The notes beneath the pieces were generated by a model that worked only from the letters and a program-made list of their open reading frames with translations, made no database searches and had not been told where the DNA came from. From the NCBI GenBank assembly GCA_951406725.2, contig OX597835.1, forward strand, positions 42,284,001 to 42,348,000: 64,000 nucleotides of DNA, written 5' to 3'. Below, in pieces: positions 38,339-51,805 of the stretch. The stretch is from Octopus vulgaris. Lineage: Eukaryota. How positions within the stretch are numbered: the stretch's first letter is position 1; the number at the start of each line of letters is the position of its first letter. Made by a program: the position numbers and the translations under genes.

Positions 38339-38761
38339 TGTTGTCAACTTAATGTGACAGTCCCATGAAAGGGAAGAATGCTACTGTTATTTAGCCCTAG
38401 GAAACACTGTTTCCTGTTGCTATCATTTTATCGTGCTGCTTCTGCATAAATCTCTTTGAGAGATTTAGAAATATATTATTTCTATTTTCAAAAATCAGTG
38501 AATGTATTTCACTCGAAATATGTTTTCAAAGGCTGATAGGCATCGACAGCTAGCAAGCCATGCTACACCAGACTGATGATGAGCAATGACTCTGAAACTA
38601 GTCTCTGGATGCTGACTTTGCTGGGTGGAAGTGCTTGTCTTTACTTTGAAAACATAAGGACAGAGGAAATGTGTCAAGTCCAACAGGAAACAGTGTTTCC
38701 TAGGGCTAAATAACAGTAGCATTCTTCCCTTTCATGGGACTGTCACATTAAGTTGACAACA
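38339..38761. repeat. 81-bp perfect inverted repeat with 261-bp spacer
   Basis: 38339..38419 is the exact reverse complement of 38681..38761. Confidence 0.92.
38568..38608 (+). ncRNA. Minimal type I hammerhead-ribozyme-like motif (slightly degenerate)
   Basis: CCAGA-CTGATGA-tGAGcaatgaCTCt-GAAAC-ta-GTC-TCTGG: both conserved core boxes, a 5-bp stem I, a 3-bp stem II and a palindromic ACTAGT stem III. Confidence 0.55.
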
Positions 38762-41289
38762 TGCTATCACATTAAAATATTTTAAAATAATCTCACTGTC
38801 CCAGGTTCAATTCCAGCACTATCCACACCACTATACCTCACTGTGGGTCACATTTAGAATTCTCCTTTTTTTTTTTTCTTCCTTGTTTCTGATACTCTCT
38901 AATTTAATCTTGTATTCCCAAACTCCCTATTTGAAATTTGTGTTTAAGTTCTCCTTACCATAATCTCACCTTAATCCTTCAGCTTTGGAACTGGCTGGTT
39001 TATGTTCAAACTGGCCAGATCTGGCCGCTCACACTTACACTACAATGTCATTCTAAAAATAAAAACTATCACATTGTTGAAATCTCGAAGCTTCGAGATA
39101 ACGCATGGTTAATTTCCAAACAATAAATAAATAAGCATCAGATTTGACAGAATAATCTGAATGCTAAAGGGTTAAACCTCACAAATATCTACTCCCTACC
39201 TTAATAATCCTTTAACATTTGTATACTCCCTATCTTAACTTACCTAATACACATCACCTAAGCCTCACCTTCAAATACTCCCTACTTTAAATTTCACATT
39301 TGTGAAGCCTTGAAGGGTTTTTAGTCACACAAACAGTGTATGAACAAACACACACCTTACATTCATGTACTCCTTACCTTAAACTCACAGTTGTATACTC
39401 CGTCTTAATCTTCTAATACTTATTACCTAAACCTTACCACCTAATACTCACTCACTCACATTCCTACACTCCCTAAACATCCCTTTGTATCCTCCCTACC
39501 TTTCACCTGCATTCAAGTACCACATGCCCCATAAATCTTAAATTCTGATACTGCATACCTGAATATCATGTTCCTACATGTTCCATATTAAATGGTCCCT
39601 TCATCACAATAGTTTATTTAGCAAACTCCTGAAACACCCAGTTCCTAATATATTCTATATTTCTATCAAAAATAAGAATTGACCATTTCCTACACTTCCA
39701 AGAAGTTGTGGGTCACCAGGTCTTGACCTTTGAACTTTGGATGGAATGGCAAGTTCAGGGTATTTCATAAGGTCATGACCTCATCACTTCCTGTCATCTA
39801 AAGATATACAAAACAACTGTTTGTTCTCTCTCAACCTCATTAAATATTCAGTTCAAATGTTCAGTTCTTTCTTTCTTCCTGATTTCCTGTCATGGTTGGC
39901 AGAATAACATTTGATGTCCTATTTCTCAATGTACAATTCACAAATAAAGAAAAAAGAAAAGTTGACTGAAACAATAAAGTTTTCTGTCTCCTCTGAGTCA
40001 ACCTTGGTTACCTCTTGTTATATTTATCTCCAAAGATGGCAAGCTGGCAGAATCATTAGCACACCAGGCAAACTGCTTAACAGGACTTCATCTGTCTTTA
40101 CGTCCTGAGTTCAAATTCTGCCAGGGATCAACTTTGCCTTTCATCCTTTCGGGGTTGATAAAATAAGTACCAGTTGAGTACTGGGGGTCGATTTAATCGA
40201 CTGGCCCTCTCCCCCAAAATTCCAGGCCTTGTGCCTATAGTAGAAACAATTATATTTATCCCCACTGCTTGGCCCATGGTTGCCTTCAGTGAAGTTTGCT
40301 CTGTTGTAAGTATTGAGACTAGGCTCCTGGCAGGAGTTAATGAAGACCTTGGGGATATGCCAACACCCTTTATAATTTCCCTAGATGCTACAAACTAAAG
40401 CTTAACATTCCCTTCCCTTTAATATTTGTGGACCCTGACCCAACTCAGATCTTACACATTACCCATCCTTATTAACACACAAACTCAACATTCTATTACT
40501 CATTGAGTAACAATTCTCTCTCAAACCCAATCAATATTCCATCTCTGCTATCCAGACCACACTCTCTTCTGAAATTCCACTCTGAATGGTGATGTCTAAC
40601 ACCATATGAAGATTCCCCATTCCTCACCGTTCCCCTTTCTTGTCTATCAGCAAGAAACACTTCTAGTTATTCTAACTTAGCAGTTCAGCAAAAGAGACTA
40701 ATAGAGTACCAGGCTCTTAAAAAATAAATCATGTGGTTATAAACCACACACACACACACTCAACAGGTTTTGTGCAGTTTCCACCTATCAAACTCACTCA
40801 CTGGGCATTGGTCAGCCTAGGGCTATAGTAGAAGACACCTCTCCCAAGGCACTGCTTGAAGTGGTAACTGAACCCAAAACCACTTGGTTGCAAAATGAAC
40901 CACCACAACAATTTTAAAGAACCTGAATAACAAAATTGACCTCAGCAAGATTTGAACTCAGAGTGTAGGGTTCTAGAACAGAACACCACAAGTCATTGTA
41001 TCCACCACTCTAACGACTTTACCAGTTCACCCCACATCTAATAATGTTTTGGGACCCCAAAATGGTCTCACTATTAACTTTACCATTTTTAACTGATTCC
41101 AAAGAATATATTTTGTATTATTTTTTTGTTTTTTTTATAGAAATAATTGAAAAGATTTCTGTCTTTGTATTTTCTTTTGTTTTTGAAGGTCTGCAAATAC
41201 CAATTTGATTTTTTGTTCTGAGATCTTTATTTCATATTTGACTTTATTCTTTATTTCTGTAACTTTGCCCCCCTCCCTTGTTTCTTCAG

Positions 41290-41462
41290 CTCTTTCAACA
41301 CCAACTGGCGGCTAAACATTCCTTGTACTATTCCACCACAAGACTTGGCCGTAATCTTAAAGACCGCTGCACCAAAAGCGATCAAGATCGAGATATTCTT
41401 CAAGCAATGTTGGACCAACTGAAAAACAAGTGGAACCTTGTTCGATCTGTTGTCTCTAAAAG
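41290..41462 (+). CDS. MACF1: Spectraplakin exon 15
   Basis: ttcttcAG|CTC ... AAAAG|GTAAGA; 173 nt, phase 0-2; LFQHQLAAKHSLYYSTTRLGRNLKDRC...LKNKWNLVRSVVSK. Confidence 0.93.
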
Positions 41463-44188
41463 GTAAGACATTTAAAAAAGCTGTGATAAGACATGTCATA
41501 TGATGTGTCATAATATCATTTTATTTGGTCTTAAGTATCTAGTACATTATTCACTTGGTGTTTTCTTTTACAGGTTTTTTTTTTCTTTTTCATATGACAA
41601 CCCATAGCTTATTATTGCTGTCTTGCCTTAAAAGTATTGTTAGCTGATTCCTTGCAACCTGTACATGATAAACTGTTACCTATTGTTACATTGAATGTAG
41701 CCCTTATACAATAGCCTATAGCCTATTGTTGAGAGAATTTATTGTTGGTAGCCTATTGTTAGTTGATAGCTTGCAAATTCAAGCTATTGCTAACTTGTAG
41801 CCTGCAGCTTTTCCTTGCATTACAGTTTGTAACCTATTGCTGCTTTCAGCCTATTCTTACACAATAGGCTGTAGTTTCTTGTTGACGATAGCAATAATTT
41901 TATTGGAGCGGAAATAACCAAGACTCCTCCTGTTAATGCTGTCTACCCTCTGATCTGTGCCATGAAGCAGAGAAACACTTACTTCAGAGGAAACATACAA
42001 ACACCCAACACCTGTTCCTAGAGGACATTGACTAGTTTTATTTCAGCCCATCATCACCACCACCACATTTCCAGGTCATGTCCAAAATGAAGAGTTTTTT
42101 TTTTACCATTTTTATATTCAAAGCAAGAGCATGCGTCAATTATATGGTGTTACTCAAGGAACAAAAGATACATAATACGTAACTAATTACCGATATAGTG
42201 TCACTAGATGACCATTAGGGAGAACATCTAAGTACCAACATACTAGATGACTTAGATTATTTAACTACCAATATATTGTCACTAGATGACTGCTAGAGAG
42301 GACTTCAACAACCAATATAGTGCTACCTAGACTAATTGATTAGATTTCCAATAATCTTCAATATTATATTGACAATATCTGTTTAGATTTACTCTCTAAT
42401 TTCATAACCTTGATGATAAATTAATTGGTTTCTCTCAGAAATGTCTAGTACACATTTCTTGTTATCGTTTCCATGATTCTCATTACCGTTTCCATATTTC
42501 TTTTGTTCCGTTCTTCAATTGAAATCTGCGACAGTTTTATACAATTAAGACCCTTTTCTCCATTGATTTATCCTTCGTTGGTAATTAAACCGCCTTTTAT
42601 GTTGTCATAAACACACTTGAAATTACTTTGAGACCGCAATTTAATGCAGATCGGATCTGTATATGAAACGATGACGGCTGTTTAAGACTGGTTCACACAA
42701 TGTGTTATGAATATTTATAAACAAGCTGACAATAACAGCAACAGAAATAAACCTGTGAAGCAAAGCTTTGAGCAAAACAAAACCCAGATTCTTTATTGTT
42801 AGTACATATTGTTGTTATATTGTATGTACGTATGTTGTTTACTGCATTGTGCTTTGTAACAAAGTATGTGTGTGTGTGTGTGTGAGACTGCTGCTCGTTA
42901 TTAGGTATATAGATGAATGAAATGATTAGGATAGTTTCAATGGAATATATTTCTCTGTTAATGTGTTTAATTCTTGATAAACCAGTCGTAATCTATAATG
43001 TTGTGGAATTTTTGTGAGCAGATAGTTTCCCACTAAGAGGACTCCGTGTAGTCAGCTGGGAAAAACTGCAGGAAAAGAATGAACAGAAATGTTAGAAACG
43101 TGTTAAACAATGAGAATCTTTTGATGGGGGAAGTTTTTATGGTGGAGTGGTTATGGTGTTGATCTTGCGGTTCATAGGATTCATTTCTCAGATCGGACAT
43201 TGTGTTCTCAAGCAAGGTACTTCATTTCACATTGCCTCTATAAGCTCAGCTGAAAATGAACAGCTGTGGCATCTGGGGATGAGGGTGGGGAGCAGAGGGG
43301 GGTTAATTCTGTGACAGACTGGTGTCCTTTACAGGGGTGGTGGTGGTGGTGGTGGTGGAGTCTTAGACTTTTGATCTAGATTCCTTGTAATCTGAATAAG
43401 CCTCAAAGGAAATATCTTTTGATGTTGAGTTGTGAAAAAAAATTTCTGGTAAGAAATCTGTTTCCTAACCACTTGGTTCCAGGTTCCAGTCCCACCGTGT
43501 GGTCGCAGTCTAATGACTGAAACAAGTAAACGAACACAAAGACACAAAGACACACACACACACATGCATCGTTTATTCTTTTATCTGTTTGTCATTTGAC
43601 TGCGGCCATGCTGGAGCACCACCTTGAAGTATTTTAGTCAAATAAATTAACCCTGGAACTTTTTTAAAGCCTAGCACATATTTTGTCGGTCACTTTCACC
43701 AAGTCATGAGGATGTAACCATACCGACACCGGTTGTCAAGTAGTGGGAGAGGACAAAGACACACACACATATACACAACGGGTTTCTGTCTACAAATCCA
43801 TTCACAAGGCTTTGGTTGGTCTGAGGCTATAGTAAAAGACACCTGCTTAGGCAAGTTTCTTACCACTCAGTCATGCCTGCACCTATATATGAAGACACTT
43901 GTTGAAGGTGCTTGGAACTTGAATTTAATATCGCAAGTTGTGAGACAGATTCTGTTTCAGTTTCAGAACCTGACAATCAAAAAAAAAAAAAGTCCATCTC
44001 CTCTACAACCTGTATCGAGCACTCTCTGCATTGTCCAACACAAACCAATAGTATGTGTGTGTTTGTGAGAGAGGGAGAGCTGCAAAAATGAAGTGAGTCA
44101 GTCATAATAACGAAGGAGAGGAGAAAAGGAACGAGAGAAGGAGAGTAAAGAGGGACGACTTTTCAAATTTGCAACATGTAGTTTGTAA

Positions 44189-44280
44189 ATGGGGGAGAGA
44201 AATTCTTTGTCAAAGAAGAAATGGTTCTGCTTTGAACTGCCGAACGAAGACAACCATTTGTCACCAAAACTAAATTCAAG
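44189..44280 (+). CDS. Candidate alternative first coding exon A (MGERNSLSKKKWFCFELPNEDNHLSPKLNS)
   Basis: TAA immediately precedes the ATG, which has A at -3 and G at +4; 30 codons plus AG, then GTAGAT; phase 2 matches exon 16; Inr-like TCAGTC at 44098. Confidence 0.45.
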
Positions 44281-44801
44281 GTAGATTGGAATTAGGAAAG
44301 TTGAAGAAATGCTGCAAAGTGACTCTAAGGGACACGGGATCAAATCGAAGCAAAGATCCCGGTAAAAAGAATAACGACAATTCAAGCTTGAAGCAGAAAA
44401 TAAACGACCACTGAACTGAAGCCAGAATAAACCCCATTATTTTTGATGGGTACTACACCAGTAGAGAGAAAGAAAGAGAAGGGGGGGGGATCGAGCTAAA
44501 AAGCTTTGGACAGCCTTGTAAGGGTTCAACCATGCGTTTATGGAGTGTCTTTGCGGTAGGTGACTGCCATCTGTCTGCCCACTAATTCGTGGATTACGTG
44601 TGCTCCGTAGGAATGTTCGTTCCTCCTTTCAAAACTAAATATTAAATGAATGCGTGTGGCAGGAAGAGGAGAGAGAAATATTTTAAATATCAAGGACTTA
44701 GAAAGCCTTCATTAAGCACAGTCTTTTGCACAACGACTTCGTTGTATTCTCTCACACACCTTTCTCCCTCTCTCTTACAAATCCTCTCTCTTACACCTTT
44801 C

Positions 44802-44835
<34 letters not shown>

Positions 44836-45331
44836 CTTTCTTCTCTCTCTTACAAATCCTCTCTCTCGCACACAGACCTCTCTCTGTCACACACACACAC
44901 AGCGACATTTCTATATAAACTAGTTTAGCTAGATTTTACAAGCTGACAGACAAGATCTGTCCGACTTGATGTTTAATATCATCAAGTTGTTTACTTTCTA
45001 GTTAATCAAAGCAGAAAAGGAAGAAAAAAAGAAAGAAAAAAAAAAGGAAGGTAAAAAGCCGTCATAATGACACAGCTTGCCAAATATGGTAGTCCTTACC
45101 TACTGGCCATAATAACGTATGATGACTGACAAATGCGGGCTGTTGCTTTCTCCCCTCCTCTGCACCCCTTTTCCACCACACATCACCCTCACCTCTCTCT
45201 CTCACTTCACATTCTTTTCCACCCTCTTTACCCCTCTCTCCCTTTATCTATTTCCTCTATCACCTGCCCTTCCTTTGCTTAACCTGTTGCCCCGTTCAAT
45301 AGAAAGATACCTGTTATTACGAGTCCCTACG

Positions 45332-45513
45332 AGAGATAGACAGGTATATAGATAGACAGGTATATAGATAGATAGGTAGGTAGATAGATAGGTATATAGA
45401 TAGATAGATAGACAGATAGGTATATAGATAGATAGATAGATAGATAGATAGACAGATAGGTATATAGACAGATAGATAGATAGACAGATAGGTATATAGA
45501 CAGATAGATAGAT
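45332..45513. repeat. (GATA)n-type microsatellite
   Basis: Direct reading. Confidence 0.95.
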
Positions 45514-45859
45514 CCTCTACTCTGTTGCTTCACCTGTTAGACATAGCAGCCAAATTACTTGCAATCTCAGTATTTTTTTTATTTATTAAGATAAAAAGGG
45601 CATCGTACACAATGGCAGTCTTTGATATATATACTCCCTAAAAGATCTTTTATAATCCTTATTTTAGCCCGCGTAATACTAGTTGATAGGGCGTAAATAG
45701 ATATTTCTCATGAACTTTTTAGAGGATGGTTACAGGTGGAACACTTTTAATCAATGGTCAACTTTATCAAGACTAATCAACAACTATATAAGCAAACAGT
45801 TGGGGGCTGGCGGCTATTCATTTAGCTTGCTAAACAGCATAAAGTTTTTGGTACACTAA

Positions 45860-46121
45860 CTCGTCTTAGCTGGACAGGTTAGTGTCAGTGTCAGTGTGAG
45901 TGAGTGAGAGAGAGAGAGTGAGAGTGAAAGATCGCAGTGAGTGAGTGACATTTCTCCATTGCTTTTACCTGTGATTGTATGTAAAGGTGTAAGAGGGCGG
46001 TAAGGTAGACGTCGTCGCCGGAGGAGAAGACAGCACCGCCGCCGCCGCCATCATCATCATCACCATCGCCACATAGTTGCCGCTTTTAATATTCTCTCTC
46101 CTTCTCTCGGGGAAAAAAGTT
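45860..46121 (+). promoter_or_regulatory. Putative internal promoter and 5' UTR
   Basis: Initiator-like TCAGT at 45885 and 45891, (GA)n tracts, and a CpG/GCC-rich segment at about 46008-46083 in an otherwise CpG-poor locus, leading into an ATG exon. Confidence 0.55.
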
Positions 46122-46201
46122 ATGGATGACGGCAGTTACCCTACCAGCAACTCTGCAGATTACGAATTCCTCGTTTGGCCGAATGTCGACACAAGTTATA
46201 G
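46122..46201 (+). CDS. Candidate alternative first coding exon C (MDDGSYPTSNSADYEFLVWPNVDTSY)
   Basis: In-frame TAG at 46074; ATG with G at -3 and +4; 26 codons plus AG, then GTAAAG; phase 2 joins exon 16 in frame. Confidence 0.65.
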
Positions 46202-48818
46202 GTAAAGATTAAAAACAAACAAACACACACACACACGGGTAAAAAAAAAACATCGAACAATGGCTTTTAATAATTAGTAGCAATTAATTATAACGAGAAG
46301 ACACTAATATAAAACTTTCTTCTAATCTTTTTTGATTACTAATTTCCTTTTATTAAACTGTTTTGGTTCGCATTCCTCTCTCTCTCACTTTTTACTGTTA
46401 CGGAAGTATTTTATTTTATTTTTAAATCTATTTATCGATGTTTTATTTTAAAAAAATGTTAACCGTTCTTTAAAGTAACATCTGGTTTATATATAAATAA
46501 ACTTTTAATTAAATATGAATTAAAATCTCAAGCAAAAACGTCCTGGAAACTTTCGACGTTCGCTTTTTAATTAAACAAGGTCATTGTTTTATACTTCCCA
46601 AATATTTAATTTAATTTAATAAATATATATCTTTAATTACATCAGTGTAATTAAGCAATCTCGGCTTTCACGACTTTCCACAGAGTTTCTCAATAAACTT
46701 TGGTTATTATAGTCTAAAGTTAAATTCACTCCTACCTGAATTTAACAACCTCTCAGACCCACGTTTAAACGATCCCAGGTGAATTTCGATATTACAGAAT
46801 GCCTTTATTTCTTGATGTTTTTTCGCTTCCTATCTTTCAAATATTTTCTAATCCTTATTTTAGCCCGCGTAATACTAATTGGTAGGGCGTAAATAAATAT
46901 TTCTCCTGAACTTTTCGTTGTAAAAACACTAAAATGGCGATGTCATTTTTGTCAATACAGGTGACCCGTTTCTCATTAACAGGTGTAACAACTCTTCAGC
47001 TTTTTCTCTAGCACTATTGGAATTTCTGCTTAATTTAGCTCTACTAACCTGTCGTTATTTCTTTATAAAGCATCTCTGGTTATATAATACGTGTGCATGT
47101 ATGTGTGTGTGTGTGTGTATATATATATGTATATATATTAAAGAATAAGTGTTTCGTTGTTTTAATTATAGTTGTTGTTGTTTAACCCTAGGTCAGTCCG
47201 GAACAAGTAAATTTACGATTAAAGACATTCCACTCGTGACTGTCCGGTTTCCTTTTCAGGCATAGTCCATCTAGGACTACTTTATTCAGTGTGTCCTTGT
47301 TTATTCTCAGCTCAGTCTGATCAATAATGTCTATGATTAAAGGCGTTCCATCTGTGGCATTTCCGTATTTTCTCCACCCCCATCGCATAATATATCCCAT
47401 GTCTTGTTTAACCCCTTAGTCAACACTGACCCAACACACAAACATAGGGCCATCATTAAGGACAGTCCGTCCGTGACCATCGTGTCTCTTCCGTAGACAG
47501 AACTACATTATCAAACGTATTCTTCTATATATCTTTTCAAAGCCGGAAGAATATAAGGAGATTCTGCTGCTATTTCTAGGAAGTCAGATGACTTAATAGT
47601 AGTTCACCCTGTCATTTCAGTGAAAACTCATTGTCAGTGTGTGTGTGTGTGTGTTGACATTCCACCAAACAGTACTTGTATGACAATAAAACTACACACC
47701 TCATCAATCAGTTTAACAACTCACAAACTATTTATCAGGTTACACACATCTACATACCTTCCTATCTCTCTCTCTCTCTGATCAGTAGTTGACATTCAGT
47801 ACAGTGCAGTTTCATTAACTTTTTACCTGAGTACCTACCTGGGCCTTCCTTCTGACTATTTCTATTGCTACCGTACACACACACACAAAAATACCATTGT
47901 CACTTTGTTTTAAAAAAAACTCTCTAATGTTGTTATTGTTTATCTTGGCTGCTAGAAATATTTAACTTCCGATTACCTGAACATGTACCTGATGTACAAC
48001 TGCTACACGCATGCAACAAACACGCACTCTCAAACACACTCAAACCTTGACAAATATAGAGGGTAGTTTGTCAGGGTATTCACTACCCTGGCCCAGCCCT
48101 GCTCTCTTTTCCCCCTCTCCCTATACTGTACACCCTCTTTCATTCCTACTGCATGTAGCTGCTTCTCTTCCTACACAGTGTGCTATTTTCTCCAAGTTAC
48201 ACATTGTATATCCCCTTCTCAAATTCCTGTTATATGTCCCCCTTTTTTCTGACCCTCTAATGTGCTCGTTCTTAATGCATCCCCACTTCTCTGGGCTCAG
48301 TCTTTTTTCACCCCTACAATGTACACATTCTTCTCCAAATTCTACATTGTGAAACCCTTTCTTACATTCCTACAATGCTCCTCACATCTCCCAGCCCCTC
48401 CAGCTCCACAATATGCTCTCCTTTCCCCAACCTTGCAATATGCACTTTCTCTATTCAGTTCCGTAGAACGCACTCCCTTTCTACGTCTTTCCAGCCATCA
48501 CCCTTTTTACTGCAGCTGAAAAATACAGTTGAAGAACCACAGTTATTATAAAGTATATCACAGACCAAATCAGTTATTTCTCAGAATTTGAAATGTTTTG
48601 AGTGAAATAATGTGAAATGTCATAACAGCCCACAATTCTCTCCTCTCCTGCCCTTCGTCTTTCTCACTTCTCAGAATGATCTCATCTGTTGTCTTTATTG
48701 CACCGTGTAACATGATTTTTGTCCTTGGGTAGTGTGACTGTTATTTCCAATTTGCTGTCCCCTAGAAAGTATGAAAAATGGCTAATATTTCTTTCAGACT
48801 TTGCTTTTGATCTGATAT

Positions 48819-48965
48819 TTATTCAAACCCCAAAGGATCCTTCTCAATACATGGCTATGATGATCCTCATTCAAACCTCAAAGGATCCCTCTCAACACAT
48901 GGCTATGATGCTCCTCATTCAAACCCCAAAGGATCCCTCTCAACACATGGCTATAATGCTCCTCT
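48819..48965. repeat. 48-bp tandem repeat, 3 copies
   Basis: ATTCAAACCCCAAAGGATCCCTCTCAACACATGGCTATGATGCTCCTC repeated three times. Confidence 0.9.
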
Positions 48966-49590
48966 GCTGCCCCTGCTCATGATTAGGTGGTCAAGATCAA
49001 GCAACTGATAAGCAAATTTGTGGTGTTGAGCAAGAATATTTTACTATAACATTTCAGCAACTTTGGTGCCGAACCTGTCTGAAATGTAATGGAAATAGGT
49101 CAGTTTCAAAACCTTGATGTCCAGGTCCCAAAAACACAGTTTGAAGGGAATTCTTGTCATTTCCTTTGATTTCTTGATAGAAACAATAGGAAATAACATT
49201 TACTGACCAAAGATTAAAAAAATGAAAGCTAAAACAAAAATTTTGTAACAGTGTTATTTAAGGTGTTCAGGATTTACCTGGTGCCCCCCCCCCCCACAGG
49301 TATAACATACAATGTATTTGTATATATGGTTTTATATGTCTGAATAGATGTATGTATGTATGTATGTGTGTGTGTGTGTATTCTTTTACTTGCTTCAGTC
49401 ATTTGACTGTGGCCATGCTGGAACTCCACCTTGAAGGGTTTTAGTCGAACAAATCGACTCCAAATTTTTTTTTTTAAGCCCAGTACTTATTCTATCAGTC
49501 TCTTTTACTGTACCACTAAGTTACAGGGATGTAAACACAACACCAGTTGTTAAGCAATAATGGGGTCAATCACAGAGACATGCATATATA

Positions 49591-49634
<44 letters not shown>

Positions 49635-51192
49635 AAGGGCTTCTTTCAGTTTCTGTCTATCAGATCTCTGAAAGTTTTGGTCAGCTTGAAGCTCTAGTAG
49701 ATGCCCTAGGTGCCACATAGTAGGACTGAACCCAGAACCATGTGGTTGGAAAGCAAGCTTCTTATCACACAGCCATACCTGCACATATTATATTCTTTTA
49801 TTACTTGTTTCAGTCATTTGACTGCAGCCATGCTGGAGCACTGCCTTTAGTTGAAGAAATCAATGCGAAGACTTATTCTTTGTAAGCTTATTACTTATTC
49901 TATCGGTCTCTATTGCTGAACCGCATAGTTATGGGGACATAGACATACCCGCATCAGTTTTCAAGCGATGGTCTGGGGGACTGACACACACACACACACA
50001 CATATATATACATACATACATACACACACACACGACGGGCTTTCAGTTTCTGTCTACAAAATCCACTCAAAAGGCTTTGGTTGGTCCAAGGCTATAGTAG
50101 AAGACACACACATATATATATATCTATATATCTATATATCTATATATATATATAATATAGCTTAGGCATTTTGATAGTGATAACCTGGTGTAGAACTCAA
50201 TATACGTATGCTTCTGTACAAAGCTTAAGGTGTTACTCAGGCACTCAACTATGAGTCCACTGCATGTTGTCGTGGAAACATTTCCCAAGCTAAGGAAGTG
50301 CATAAGATAATTGTTTTATTCCTTTGTTGTCTCTGTTCTCTCTCTCAAACACACTTGCAATGGGTGACTTTTTAGTTTCCATCTACGAAATTCACTCCTA
50401 ATGCTCTGGTTGGTCCAGAGCTACAATAGAAGACAGTTGCTTTTAAGGTCCCACATAGTGGGACTTGACCCCCAAAGCAGCATGGTTTGCAAAGAGAACT
50501 TCTTAAGCAACACAGTCATGCCTTTAGAATATTTCATTTTTGGATTTGGCTTGGAAAAATTCTTGACATGAACTTGTATGTTAAAAACAAATTTTGTTGT
50601 ATCTTGGGAGGATCATTATGCCAAAATAAACACAGACACTGATTCAGTTTCACTTCTTTATTATTAGTCAATTGGTTAGTTATTTAACCAAGCAAGAAAT
50701 CAAAAGGCCTTTGACAGACAACTGATTGTTTGACTGATTAAGCATTCAACCAATTCGTTAGTTGGTTAAATAACTGACCAATTGACTAAAAATTAGGACG
50801 TGAAATTGAACCAGTGCTGTGTGTTTATTATTAGTGTAATTGACTCTCAAGATATATCAAAATAAGCTTATGTATAAAATTACAGGAACAGTAAAATAAT
50901 ATGGCTAGAGAGAGCAGAGATTTCTGTGGTTTTTTTTGTTTATTATTAAGTGAAGGCTTTCTTCAAGGTTGAAATAATTGGGTCAAGAGGACATGACAAA
51001 AGTTTTCCATCCTCTGTGTTTGAGTGATTGGTTGCAGCTGATAGGGAACATACAATGATTCTCAAGAAGAATTTTGTCTGAACCATTCTCTACAGCAATG
51101 TCACTACTGTTTCTCTCATTTTTATCAAATAACACAAGTCTTGCCAACATTGGCCACCAGTGGACTTCTTGGGACTTTGTTCTCTGCAGAGA

Positions 51193-51227
<35 letters not shown>

Positions 51228-51738
51228 AAAACAGGGTCTGATGAAACTAGTGGTTAGTCTACAATTTACAAAACTTGTATAGTGAAGTTTGTGGTGATAA
51301 GAGAGTCCCTGATGAGAAAGAAAACTTTTCTTCTTTCCTCTTTTTCCTTTCTTTTTTCTTGTAACTTTCCACCTCTCTTTCCTCTCACCAATCCACATCA
51401 GCCTTTCACTTCTTGTTGTCATAACATTCACCTCTTTCCTACAATTTGAAGTCGAGCAATTCTGTCAGTCAATCTCTCTCTTTGATCTTTAATTACTTTA
51501 TTTTTCAGGTTTGAAAATTTCTCTTCACTTCTTTTACTCTTATGCTCTCCCTTCCTTACTCTCCTTCCTTTTACATATGTCTATATGTGTGTGTATATAT
51601 ATATATATATATATTTATTCTGTACTTCCGGCTTCACTATTCTTTACAACTCACATCCGTGGTGAGTTAACTTGGAAATTCAAAGCGACAGTGTAACCAT
51701 CATCTAATTATGGTATTCTTGGCTAGCTAAGAAATGAA

Positions 51739-51800
<62 letters not shown>

Positions 51801-51805
<5 letters not shown>

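Noticed and set aside
42832-42863. ATG mini-ORF MLFTALCFVT ending in a phase-2 donor (AA|GTATGT)
   Set aside because: Poor start context, many upstream ATGs, and the donor coincides with the start of a (TG)n tract; likely chance, though junction data could be checked.
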